Shown: positions 1 to 12,029, counted from the first letter of the stretch. The stretch is 64,000 nucleotides of DNA from Selaginella moellendorffii (GCF_000143415.4 NW_003314313.1:771430-835429), one strand, 5' to 3'. Translations and numbers: made by a program. Notes: generated from the sequence alone by a model not told the origin.

Positions 1-741
1 CAGTGACAATGAACGACCAAGTTTCCCGCCCAGCTTCACAGACTTCACCAGATCAGCACCCTTTTCGCCATACCGACCGATCTTCACAACACCAATATAT
101 CCCACATTTGCTTCCAACATCTACCGAAGCCCGCTATCAGCAAGACCTTTCGAACATGGTTTCGACTTCAACACGCCGACGAGACAACAACTCGACTTCA
201 CCAATTACAGTTGCACTCCGATATACCCAGTCAACAGCAGTAAAGACGAACAACCCGAATCGTCCAATAGTCAAGCACTTGATGTCAACAACTCACACCG
301 AACTGCTGAACAGCTACAATCATCCAACAACAATGAGATCGACGAACCAATCATCGACGACAACAATCTTCCACAGCAATCACAGTCACCACACAACTAT
401 ATGTTCAAAGAACTCTTTAACAATTTAAAAGAACAACCACAACCAACACAACATAACTCCGACAAGTATGTCGACAACAAGTTCGAGCACCATCTTCCGA
501 AAATCAACACCGGCAAGCAACCCGATACCGACGACGATGTCAACGACACACCCGAAAACAGTCCCAACACAGAAGAACAAACAGAGAAGAGTCCACTTAA
601 AAACAACAACAATTCACCACCTTCCTCTTACACCAACTTTGCCGTCAACCCGACAACCCCTTGCTACAAATCACCTTAGGACTCCATAGTGACAACCTGA
701 CAAAACAACCTTGACAATACCGACATTACTACCAACAGCAA

Positions 742-1960
742 ATGGCAGTCACTACCGCTGTTGCCAACATACCTGTCGGAAGATATGTCTCCTATCCACT
801 ATTTCATGGTCTGAAGTCAGAAGATGCCGAGAAACATGTTGAACAGTTCCAAGAAGCAATTCGAATCAATGGCCAGACGACCGAACTTCCATACTACTTC
901 CGATGTACCCTTCGAAAGAGAGCCAACAAATGGGCTCAAATGCTTCCTCAAAATACAAGTTTCGACGACCTCACACTCAAGCTCGTAGACCGATTCAAGT
1001 CTTCCCTCACTCAAAGCCAACGACTTCACAAGATCCAAAAACTCAAGCAGAAGTCTAGTCAATCCATCGATGACTACACTCAAACCTTCACTCGACATGC
1101 CAGCAAATGTGGCAACAGTGCCACCGAAACATTACTTTACCAATGGTACATGCAAGGCCTCTGACGATCCCTCTGAGAAGTGGCAACACACATCAACGTT
1201 GCCACTTACCTCGAACTCACAAGAGCCCTTCAAGATGTTCAAGCTCGACGAATGACAGCACAAGTAGATCACACAGATAACTCAGATTCTGATAGCAGTT
1301 CCAATGACGACTCCAACGATGAACTCAGAGAGAGCACCAAGTCAAAAATTCAGAAACTCAGGAAAACAATCAACAAGCTCAATGGAAAAGCCAAGGCCGA
1401 CATCAAAGAATTTCGATCTGGAATTTGGTGTACTAAGTGCAAGAACGAAGGACATCCGGCAAGTGACTGCAAGCTCCAAATCTCCAAATGCCAGATCTGT
1501 ACCAAAGAAGGTCATGACGCAAAGACTTGCAGATTTCGAAATTCTCCAGAAGTTCGACAAGTCTCGAACTATCCCCGACAGCAGTTTCGACAACCATATC
1601 CAAATCAATACTTCGGCAATTACCAGCCACCACCTCTGACAAACTGGAGACCACCGAGAAACAACTTCCAACACCAGAGTCGACAATGGAATGATCAACC
1701 TCGCTAAACAACTACAACGATCGACAATACCCGCTGAACCAGAACTACCCGGCAAACCGCAACAACTACAACCAAGGATACCAACAATACCCAAGATACT
1801 AGAACTGAAGATACCAAGGCCAAGGTTATCAAGACCAGGGCTACCAAGGCAACTACAACAATCGACCATGGCAACCTTGACTTCAAAACCAAGGCAGTCC
1901 GCCAAGACTTGGTCCGCCGCCTCCTCGACAACAAGATCAGAACCAGCAGCAACCACCAAT
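742..1960 (+). pseudogene. gag core of element 1 (retrotransposon gag domain, two CCHC zinc knuckles, Q/N/Y-rich tail)
   Basis: ORFs 742-1164 and 1180-1707; CTKCKNEGHPASDC and CQICTKEGHDAKTC; in-frame TGA stops. Confidence 0.9.
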
Positions 1961-2449
1961 AACAAGGATGGTCGAGACCGACGAACTACCTTATGCCAAC
2001 AATGACGACTCAGATCCTCAAGTCATGGCAGTACAAACCCGAGCACAAATTCGAGCAGAAAAACAACAACAACCGGACAGAGATTCCGGAGATAGTGAAG
2101 AGAAAGGCCCTGAGAGCCTGACAAAACTCCGGGAATGGAAAAAGAAGCAGAAGTTAGCCACCAAGATACAACGGCAACTCGCTCTACAACCACCTGAATT
2201 AGTGATTTTAGACTCCGACAATGAAGCTCAACCATCACCAGCTCGACAACAATGCCAAGACTCAATACCAGAAAACTGATAGACAAATCGTCCAACATCG
2301 ACACTGACACCAGAACACAATTTGGCAAACTTCGACAAAATCTAAGAAGTAGCAGAGACTATCCTCAACCAAAATATTCAGATCACCATTGGTCAACTGC
2401 TGAAGATTGCACCCTACCTCACCAAACAGCTCACCGATCTGACATCTGC

Positions 2450-5400
2450 ACCGACCAACACTTTGACAGACTCGTCCACACTCAACTCGACACAGACAAC
2501 TGTTGACATATTTCAAACTAAGATTCAACCAGGGGATTGTGACAATGATGTTCTAACAATTGACCTATGACTCGACAAACACCTTGTTCGAGGAGCCATA
2601 ATTGACAGCGGCTCCAGTGTTAATATTATTGAAGAAAGTCTTGTTCACAACTCAACATCGGCCCAGTCCACCCAGCACCTTTCAATGTCCGAATGGCCAA
2701 CCACCGATCTGTTCAACCCAAAGGCATCATCCGAAAAGTCAACACCACCATTCAAGGCGTCGAAATACCAGTCAACTATGTCGTCCTCAAACTACCGGAG
2801 CAGACTGATGGATACTCAATTCTCCTCGGTCGACCTTGGCTCCGAACTGCCCAAGTTTATCAAGATTGGCCCAATGACAATCTTATCCTTCGAGGACCAG
2901 ACGGACCGACAACCATGTCGACAAAAGCGACCAAATCGTTGTCCAGCCACAACCGACCTATTGACTTGGAAGAATATAATCTCGAAGATGGCCTTGACGA
3001 CTATGAAGAACAACAAATTCTCAAAGCCTACCCCGATCTCAAACCTTTGGCCGAGATCGACCTGTTTCGAATCGTCGTTGACTTCCAATGAGAACGACCC
3101 CTGATTACATCAGCACTGAAAAATCCAATCACTCAAGATCAAAACTCAAAGCACCACCGGCATTCACAGTCAACAACCACAATAAAGTCGCCTACATTCC
3201 GTCAATTCCAGCTGACCAAAAACTCGAAAAAGTTAGCCTCGCCGACGACGGCAATGAACACTACATTGTACTTGCCACTAACATCTCGGCAAGTTTTCGA
3301 GACAAAGGCATCAATCTTCTCCGAAAGAAGAAACACTTGTTCGCTTGGAGTTATTGAGACCTTAAGGGAATTTTGCCAAAACTCAGCCTTCACACCATCA
3401 CCCTTCTTCCAGACTCAAAACCAAGAAGACAAGCAGCCTACCGGATGAATCCGAATCTGATGGAACAAGTAAAGAAAGAACTCGACAAGCTTCTCTAAGT
3501 CGAGTACATCTACCCGATTCAGAATCCGATATGGCTTTCACCACTGGTGGTTGTGCCGAACAAAAATGGCAAACTTCGAATCTGCATCAACTATAAACAG
3601 CTCAATGACGCCACCAAAAAAGATGTCTTCCCAATACCATTTACCGACGAAGTTCTTGATGCAGTTGCCGGACACGAGATGTACTCCTTCCTCGATGGTT
3701 TTCTCCGGCTACAACCAAATTCACATTGCCGAAGAAGATCAGCACAAGACAGCATTCATCAGTCCATGGGGAGCCTATGCTTATTGACGAATGCCTTTTG
3801 GACTCTGCAACGCCCCATTCACCTTCCAAAGGCTCGTCACCAACACTTTCCGAGACTACCTCACTGACTTCATGAGAGTCTTCATGGACAAATTCAGCGT
3901 TTTCAGCTCAGAAGATCTACGTCTTGAATGCCTGGAGAAATGCCTCAACAAGTGAAAGGAGAACAACATAGCACTCAACCTCGACAAATGCGCTTTCTTT
4001 GTCAAATCTGGAGTACTTCTCGGCCACGTTGTCTGCAAAGACGGCATTCTCATCGACAAGGACAAAGTTGATGTCATCTCCAAACTTGAACCGCCAAAGA
4101 ATCAGAAAGAACTTCGGTGCTTCCTCGGCAAAGTTGGATATCACCGACGATTCATCCACAAGTATGCTCACATCACCAAACCACTCACCGATGGACTGAA
4201 ACAAGATGCCCAATGGACATGGACGTCCGAACAGCAACAAGCATTCGACAATCTCCGACTCAAAATAACAACAGCACCGATCCTTGCCAAGCCCGACTGG
4301 ACACAAGAGTTCCACATTCATGTCGACACTTCCAACGTCGCCACTGGTGCAATTCTCAGCCAAACTCAACACGACAACCGAGATCAACCGATCTACTACG
4401 CCAGCCCGACTACTCAACCCAGCTGAACGAAATTACACCACCACCGAGAAAGAAGCTCTCGGCATGATCTACTCACTTCAGAAGTTCCGACACTACATAC
4501 TGTCAACCAAAGTCATAATTTTCGTCGACCACAAGGCACTCCTTAACCTCATCAACAAGCCGATACTATCTGGTTGAATATCAAGATGGTTCCTTTTACT
4601 ACAAGAATACAACTTCGAGATCGTCCACAAACCCGGCAAAAATCACGAGCAAGCAGATTATCTCAGCCGGATCACCACCGGCGACAAACCCAAAAGACTT
4701 ACCAACGACTTACCCGACTCAAACCTATTCCGAGTTTCAATACCAACAACCTGGCTCGACAATGTCTTCAGTTACCTGAACTCAGCAAAAGTTCCAGATC
4801 AGTACACTACATCCAACCAAAAGAAGACTTTTGTTGCTAAAACCCGACGATACTCAGTCATCGGAGGCACTCTCTACAAACTAGGAATTGAAAACATTCT
4901 TTTCCAATGCATCAAGCCACCAAGCACAACTCAAATCATCAAGGAAGCTCACAATGGACCTTCCGGTGGACACTTCGCCACTGACACCACAACTCGGAAG
5001 ATTCTTCAAGCCGGCCTCTGGTGGCTGACACTCTGGAATGACACTGAAGAATTCTGCAAATGCTGCGACACATGTCAAAGACACCGATTACCGCCGAAAA
5101 CTCAGACTCAACAACTCAACCCAACATTCCCAATGGCACCATTTCAGAAATGGGGACTTGACTTTGTCGGACCCCAAGTCAGCACCCGTCGACAAAATCA
5201 GTACATCATCATCACCACCAATTACACTACCAAGTGGGCCGAAGCAATACCTCTCCGACATGCCACAGCGAAAGCAACAGCAACCTTCATCTACGAAAAT
5301 ATCATCACTTGTTTCGGCACACCACTCAAACTCGTCACCGACAGAGGCACCCACTTCATCAACCAAACAATCGAACATCTTGCCACCGAGTTCAAAATCC

Positions 5401-6050
5401 GACACAAAATGTTGACACCATACTATCCTCAAGGCAACGGTCAAGAAGAAGCAACGAACAAAACACTGAAGACCATCCTCAAAAAAGTCATCAACGATTT
5501 AGGCAAAGATTGGGACGACAAACTTCTTGATGTACTTTGGGCCTATCAAAATATGTATAAAGTCACCACCGACATGACGCCATTCAAACTCACCTTCGGA
5601 ACAGAAGCCATCACGCCAATCAAATTCATCATCCCAAGCATGCAAGTCACCATCAAGTATAATCTCGACACCCGACATGCAGTTCAAGAAAGGCTTCAGC
5701 AACTTGAACATCTCGATGAACTCTGACTCAACACCCTCTGGACACTTCATGCCATCCAAAAACAGAGAAAAGCTCGGCACGACCGACAAGCATCCCAGCA
5801 TAACATTCCCAAATACAGCGTCGACGATCATGTTCTCTGGTACCGAGGACCCATCGGCAAACTTGGATGAAAACTCCACACCAACTGGCAAGGACCTTTC
5901 AAAATCATTGAACTATACCCCAACGGCACTGCCAAAGTCAGCACACTCGCTGAAGACTTTACTGAGATCGTCAACCTTAACAAGCTTCAACCATATCACG
6001 TCGACATATTCAGCATCAGCACCTCAGCAAATTTCCGACCCAAACCGACA
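2450..6050 (+). pseudogene. pol (PR-RT-RH-INT) of element 1, disrupted
   Basis: Protease, RT, RNase H and integrase motifs are spread over several frames (ORFs 2693, 3547, 4284, 5133). Confidence 0.93.
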
Positions 6051-6416
6051 AACACCCCAAAACCAACAATCGACACTCACCCCAGCAGACAAACTTTAAC
6101 TCAAATCAATTCGACACAACTCAACTCAACTCAACACGAACTCATCCACCAACTTCAGCAACAAACAGCAGCAAAAATCTCTAAGTCCCAAGCTACCGTT
6201 GGATCAACGCCACCTGAGCAAATATCAACACTTGAACTTGAGTTAACTTCATCAGCAATATCCACCATTGATTTGCAATCAAGCCAAATCAAACCACATC
6301 AATTTCGTCAACAAATCTCTACCATTCATCACCAGCAATCGAGTGCCACATGATCAGCCAACCAACAGTTACAGGTTTCAAGAACCCTAACGGGGTGAGC
6401 ACTTCGACCACAGAAA

Positions 6417-8366
6417 ATGAAGAGAAAGATGCCAGCTCATCCACCCCGGTGCCTCAGATACGTCATACACCATATTCCTAGGCTTCCCAGCAACGACACA
6501 ACCACCTGGCTCAAGGACCATGGATTTGAGCTCCTCCACAAGGCCTTTTCAACACACCTTGATCAAAAACTAGTGAGGAAGCTGGCTGCCTCCTTCAACC
6601 CCAAGAACAGCACCATAACCGATGGCACCAACGAGATCACCCTCAGCCCAGCAAGAATCGCCTCCGTTTTCAAAATCTCCAACAAGGGACTGCTCAAATT
6701 TTCAAGAGAAGTTCCACAGCAAATCATCAAGGCCAATCGAAAAATTACCGATGAACTCACATGGGAGGACATCGAGGAGCAACATATGGATCGCCTCAAA
6801 GCCCTCCTCCTCTACTACGAGCTTCGCCCAACAGATCACACCATCGGCAAGCGCACAGCAGCAGTCTACGGAGCTCTACTCGACGGCAAACGTGTGAACG
6901 TGGCTCATCATCTCCACGAGCTCCTTCTCAAGCTTCTCGACCATGCCATCCTTGCCATACTCAACAAGAAGACCATGCGGACAGTAATATTCCCACTGCT
7001 GATCGCTCTACACCAAGCTCTTCCCAACAAACAACCGTGGACAACCCAAACAAACTCCACAGAACAAAGTGACAGCTCCGAAGAACAGTCAGAATCAGAA
7101 GGAGCAACTCCCAGCAAGAAACCGAAGCCAGCATCTCAACAATCAAGCTCAACTCACTCCAACAACACCAGCTCCAGCAACAAACACTCCAACAATTCAA
7201 CTCCACTTTGCCGCCGCCTCACACACAAAACACCAGCGATTCCAGCTCCCAAACCGCTGATCCGAGAACACCTCATCATCAGCGACAATGAAGACAACTC
7301 ACATCACCATCCACACTCGCCCCAGAGCCCGCATCCACTCGAATCAGCCCCAAAACCAACAACTTCTCACAAACACATCAACATTGCCAAAGGAAAATGT
7401 CAGCTGATCGCCCAGAACTCAATTTCTCCACCAGCTGAGAACAACATTCTCAATGCCCCGACCTCCTCGACACGTTCCACAAAAGAAAACATTGACTACC
7501 TTCGCCAATCACTTGAAGAACACGCAACCATGCCTCCTCCAGCAAATACCATGACCAGCATTCACAAAAATTCCACCCCTTCAACAAAATTCCAAGCGAA
7601 AAATTTCCCAACGGATAAATTAATTTCAGTGCCACATCTGGGCCGTTCATCCACCATCAAACTGAAAAGCTCATCTCCAACCACCTCAAAGAATCTGGCC
7701 CGACCACATCACCCACATCCAACGAAGCAAATTCAGCCTCCAGCAATTTCAACTCCCGGGACCAAGAACACAGCGAACCCTAGCAAGAAACACCAGGGTC
7801 ACGGAGCAGGAGCAGGAGCAGCAGCCATGCCTCAGCCACAGAGTTAGGTACGCCGTGATTATGACGAGATCAGGAAGGAGTACGAAGATAAACTTCGCGA
7901 CCCAAGCTACTGCACCCGCAAGTTGTTTGAAGCCCTCAATCAACGCATGCACCACGAGCAAGCAAACTACTTCCCAACACCAGCCGACATTGCACAACAT
8001 CTTCTCAAGCAAGACTCCTTCATATACACCCGGGGAGCAATCAAGAAGGAATTCTATGAGCCTTTAAACCACCGGCTGGATACTCAGCTCGAAGAGATGA
8101 AGCAGATCCGCACTGACCTCTGGGACATCAGGAAGATCGTCTCCAAGCAGCCATCAACCCCATCAGTAGCTCACGAATTCACCTACAAATTCAAATATGA
8201 AGAACTCACCCGCTACCAGAAGCTCGAGGATGATCATACCGCCCTGCTGGCTGAGGTAGCCGACCTCCAGGAAGATGGGACAGATCCACCAGACAGTGTC
8301 CCTAACCACGAGCTTACACTCCCGCAGCAAAAACATCACCTCTATCGACTTGAGCAGCAACAATAA
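6417..8366 (+). CDS. Extra sense-strand ORF between pol and the 3' LTR (plant-mobile-domain-like N-terminus, S/P/H-rich linker, coiled-coil C-terminus; frameshifted)
   Basis: 476-aa ORF 6417-7847 plus 7923-8366. LVRKLAASFNPKNSTITDGTNEITLSPARIASVFKI resembles PMD/transposase-28-type segments (from memory). Confidence 0.6.
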
Positions 8367-8416
8367 CAAGTGATGGAAACTGAATGTTCGCACCGAGGAT
8401 AGTGTCTAGTTCTGTC

Positions 8417-8427
8417 AGGGAGCAGAG
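8417..8427 (+). other. Polypurine tract of element 1
   Basis: AGGGAGCAGAG immediately precedes the LTR start TGTATC. Confidence 0.7.
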
Positions 8428-8721
8428 TGTATCAACCAAAAACCCAGGCTCAGGGGACTCCGACCTTAAACCCAGGGCTATATCGGAGCCATAAATTAAA
8501 TCATGCACAGCATATAATATATGCTAGTAGTTAGAACTGTTAGCCTTTCAAAGGGGGGAATCCGAATTATGGATCCCTATCTCCATTCCATCATTTTCTT
8601 ATCAATTCACAACATTCTTTCACTTGTCCTTCTTCTCAGCCCTTGGAGATTGGGCCATTTTCTCTTTTGTTTTCTTTCTAACAATAGATTTCCAGCGAAG
8701 AGGAGTATTGACACCTCTTCA
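8428..8721 (+). repeat. 3' LTR of element 1 (294 bp)
   Basis: TGTATCAACC...CACCTCTTCA; matches the reverse complement of 23782-24075 and 34077-34369. Confidence 0.95.
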
Positions 8722-9289
8722 ATTGCCAAGCAAGACGAGTGCTGAATATTTGTTTGCGAAGTGCTGATGCGGTGGCTAACATCACACGTCCAAGGTTTGT
8801 GACCTTTAGTTTCCTTGATTATGAATCCATTCGCTTCTTCCGCCATTCCTCTACATTTGGCATGTGCATTGCGCGCTAGGTGATCATCTTCACCCCTGCT
8901 CTTAGCTCGAGAATGGATGAGCTGGATCATCTTTCCACCGATCACTCTCGCTTTGTTTCTTTTTCGTGCGGTGTCACCACGAGAAAGGATTTCGCACTGT
9001 CACAAAGCTGCCGACCATATTGGTTGGTGTTTGTTTTGTGATGCCGATTATCACAAGCTTCTGCAGCAGCAGCTGTCACGCAATCGAATCCCGGCGTACA
9101 AGACGAACAGCTTCATGGCGGATGCGCTGCTGTTGACGATTCCAGCATTACGGATCCCTCGCAGTTCCTAAACTCGGGGCAAGGCTGCTGGATGAAAACA
9201 CTCAGGCAGCAGCGACTGGACTGGAAGAAATTCCTCGGCTGAGGGAGCTGCTCGTGCTCACGCCAGAGGGGATCGGCTTGGAAGTTTTG

Positions 9290-9425
9290 GAAGTGACTGC
9301 AAAAGAAAAAGGAAGATCTCGAGCCACGAAACCATGAATTCCAACCAGCGATGTGACCTTATTGAACCGGGAAGCGGCAGTGCGCACTCGAGTAGCAACT
9401 TTACTTGTCCCTGGAACAGCATCCA
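9290..9425 (-). pseudogene. SKP1-like (ASK20/21) gene fragment
   Basis: GCCxRDK..KLLLE.. exon piece plus retained intron, matching the gene at 41828-43357. Confidence 0.75.
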
Positions 9426-9849
9426 GTTTTTTCTTCTTCGTCCTCTTGGTGGCTGCTACTGTGACCTCTCGGCCAGTGAAGAATGAAACAGGTACGCCTG
9501 TTCTTCAATCTCGATTGAATATGCCTCGCTTGGATTTGATGATCTCTGTGTTTCTTTTGAAACATCATGGTCCATGTCTGCACTCGCTTGCATGTGTGTC
9601 TGTCCAAGCACGTAACCTGATTCATACGTGATTTAAACTTTTTGTCTTTTACAGTGATGGCTAAGATTGCTAATCAGCTGGATTGGTCGTCATTGTCCAA
9701 TTCCACCCCAAAAATTGCCGAACCAGAGGTAAAATAATCCTGTATTTGAAGACAATATTCTTGACATGTATGATCATGTGCTGTCAATCATCTTTGGTGA
9801 TCAGGAGAAGCAAGCCCATGTTGACTACATTTATGATTTTAATCCTTGA
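9425..9849 (+). pseudogene. Phytosulfokine-like precursor, copy 1, 5'-truncated (exons 9425-9491, 9655-9728, 9805-9849)
   Basis: Same exons as 19019-19458, but the promoter and ATG-SRAL codons are replaced by the inverted-duplication junction. Confidence 0.75.
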
Positions 9850-10130
9850 TGAAACGGCACATTAATAAGGAGGGATCATAGGCTTTAAAATTCTCATAAT
9901 ATACCATAATATAAATCGATTTGTCTTTGTAGTATTTTCATTATACAAATTGAAAAAAAGTTGTACAAGTAATATTTTCCAGTCTGTCTTAAAAGCCCCA
10001 CAATTTCCGTGAGTAAGTTTTATTGATCAGAACAGCGACACATACGTGCCAAACAAGGAGAGATCATGTGGGAGATCACTCAGTTATTCATCTTTCATCA
10101 TATGGATATAGTTTGATCATCCAAAAGGAT

Positions 10131-10559
10131 CTAGCAGCACTGGAGAACTCCCTCGACGTTCTGGATGCAATCGTCGAGGTTGCGAGTGGAAGAGACGAGA
10201 ACGCCATCCCCGCGGTTGCAACGGGCAGCCACGTTGAGCCCATTGAAGCTGATGTTGATGCATCGTGAGGCAAAGTTGGATGAGCAGTCGAGGACACCAT
10301 TGCTGCTGCCCACGCAATTGTTCACATCGATGGAGGCGTTCCTCCTTTCCATATTGGATGTGCTGCAAATGGCTCTCATCACGGTCGAATTCCTGTCGAA
10401 GGTGATATCAGTGCAGGATCGAGAAAACTGGCAAGCCTGTAAGAGTAAGATATCCAAATTGTGAGCTTCTTGCGGGACAATTGAATGAGAGTTTCTTACC
10501 TGGGTGATGGAGAGGGTCGAGACCAGCATACACAGGAAGAAAACCTCGCGAAATGCCAT
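10131..10559 (-). CDS. Secreted cyanovirin-N homolog (CVNH) lectin, copy 1; exons 10500-10559 and 10131-10436, 121 aa
   Basis: Signal peptide MAFREVFFLCMLVSTLSITQA; 63-nt GT-AG intron; FSRSC...SIDVNNCVGSSNGVL...SNFASRC...NLDDCIQNVEGVL aligns by eye with both cyanovirin-N repeats. Confidence 0.9.
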   Translation of the reverse strand: MAFREVFFLCMLVSTLSITQVRNSHSIVPQEAHNLDILLLQACQFSRSCTDITFDRNSTVMRAICSTSNMERRNASIDVNNCVGSSNGVLDCSSNFASRCINISFNGLNVAARCNRGDGVLVSSTRNLDDCIQNVEGVLQCC

Positions 10560-10642
10560 AATGAGATAGAACAAGAAATAACCAAGAAGAAAATGAGTAA
10601 ACAACTTTAACTAGAGATGAGTTGAGCTCTGGAAAGGCCTTG

Positions 10643-10650
10643 TTTATATA
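10643..10650 (-). promoter_or_regulatory. Putative TATA box of CVNH copy 1 (also in copies 2 and 3)
   Basis: TATATAAA about 85 nt upstream of the ATG, kept in all three copies. Confidence 0.55.
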
Positions 10651-11029
10651 GTCCTGGCAGCAACGCTTATCTTGACGACTCAGCAAGTACATGACTCCAC
10701 ATTGCGGCTAGAATGCAAAATTTCTACGTCGACTACATTACTATACACGTAAATATTGAAATTTAGCTCAGTTTATGATTTTTCAACGTTCCAGCCAGCT
10801 ATACACGGTGACATTTTTATGAGTTTGCGTGTTTCTTTTAATTTGCTAGACTATAAATGGGACCTTTTTGGGGCAAGACCGCTACGAAGAGACTCCAGGA
10901 GACATCGATTTCTACGTGCCCATAGATAGAATCGCGAAGATTATCCAGTGTGTCCACACTGCTGGTAGACGTAAAATCGAAAAGCACGTAAATTCCTCCA
11001 AAGATGAAGGATACTTTATCTTTGCGAGC

Positions 11030-11520
11030 CATTTAGAAGATACCGGAGCCTCCACGCTTGTTGCTCGGTACATGGTAGCGTCGTCGTCTACGTTTGTCAC
11101 TCGCCGGTGGATGATCCTCTTTCCTTTGAGCGAAGAGATCGCGATGGAGGGATAGTTGAGATTGCTGCGTCGTCGTGTGGAATAGATGGTTTCAAGTTTG
11201 CGAAAGTGGAGACGTTTCGTATTTCCTGCCTCAATCCACACAGAAAGTCCGTGCATTCGGGCGCCTTGGCATCGTAGACGAGGCCCGGATGAGCAGCCGC
11301 GTTTGGATTGATGTGGTCTCCACCGAAGGTGCCGGAGAGCAATCCTGCGTCTTTGATCGGCTCCACAGAGTTATCAGTGAGAAAACCTGCTGCAAAACAA
11401 GAGAAAAGAATCGATTGTTTTCTTCTGGAAAGCACGTAGTGTTACCTGTAGTTACGATTGCCGAATGCGGCTGGACTCCGGTAGGCCTTGTCAGAGACAT
11501 GCGGACAAGACATGGAAGTT
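11030..11520 (-). pseudogene. Subtilisin-like protease C-terminal fragment
   Basis: [28 protein letters not shown] and LNYPSIAISSLKGKRIIHRRVTNV in shifting frames. Confidence 0.85.
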
Positions 11521-11547
11521 CATAATATTGCGTATTGTTTGCGAAAG

Positions 11548-11609
11548 GTCTCCCACCAAGAAAAGGAAACCATAATGCGTATTGTCACTCCCATTCCTTG
11601 GTGGGAGAC
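11548..11609. repeat. 62-bp imperfect palindrome (also ~21135-21194 and ~40630-40690)
   Basis: GTCTCCCACCAAGAAAAGG...CCATTCCTTGGTGGGAGAC, with ATAATG/TATTGT pairing next to a very short loop. Confidence 0.75.
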
Positions 11610-11764
11610 AAGGCTTTGAGTCCATGGGAATTTGATGTGGCTCTTCTTGGTGCGTTTTAATTTCTTTTGATACATGAACTCTTCAGGTCTCACGTCAACC
11701 AAGTCTTTCTTCTCTCCATGGCAGCCAGAGATTATTCTCAGGAACCAAAGACGAGCTAAGCACC

Positions 11765-12000
11765 GGATTTGCACGTTCTTGTGTAACCTCTTGCTATCAC
11801 TATATGCCCGGTTTGGGCACATTGACGAGGCGATCAAGGTCCTTCACTCGATTCAGGATCCCAATGTCTTCTCTTCGAAAATCCTGTTTCGGGCTTTTGC
11901 GATGACCATTGCGTCTCTGGGGAGGAAAAAACCTTTAATTCTCTACAGGAGAGGGTGGACTACGATGGTGATCGCATATGCCCGCATTGGGCATATTTTG
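11765..12000 (+). pseudogene. PPR gene fragment
   Basis: FLCNLLLSLYARFGHIDEAIKVLHSIQDPNVFS...WTTMVIAYARIGH. Confidence 0.85.
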
Positions 12001-12029
12001 CGGCAAAGTTTCTCTTCACGGGCCACGGC

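Larger units (their letters stand above)
1..8721 (+). mobile_element. Ty3/gypsy LTR retrotransposon, copy 1 (5' part outside window; decayed)
   Basis: Order is gag (two CCHC knuckles) - protease (AIIDSGSSVNI) - RT (LRICINYKQLNDAT, YSFLDG, KTAFISPWG) - RNase H (AERNYTTTEKEALGMIYSLQKFRHY) - integrase (PFQKWGLDFVGP, TDRGTHF, PYYPQGNG). Many stops and frameshifts. Ends in a TG...CA LTR. Confidence 0.96.
1..9425. repeat. Left arm of an inverted segmental duplication (partner 23063-32483)
   Basis: Reverse-complement similarity runs through the element, past the LTR and across ~700 bp of host flank (ATTGCCAAG... in both). It stops abruptly at 9425. Confidence 0.95.

Noticed and set aside
397-7650. 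Many minus-strand V/L/C/G-rich ORFs in the retroelement
   Set aside because: They are by-products of the strong A+C bias of the sense strand.
9683-10464. Plus-strand ORFs repeated identically in the three units (60, 81 and 99 aa)
   Set aside because: They are off-frame or antisense shadows of the PSK-like and CVNH genes, identical only because the DNA is duplicated.
10560-10604. 15-aa N-terminal extension of the 157-aa CVNH ORF
   Set aside because: It starts at a non-ATG codon. The ATG at 10559 gives a clean signal peptide downstream of a TATA box.
11580-11601. Resemblance of ...CTCCCATTCC to the miR482/2118 3' end
   Set aside because: Only ~8 nt match, the 5' part does not fit, and the opposite arm pairs poorly there. 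Kept only as a generic palindrome.
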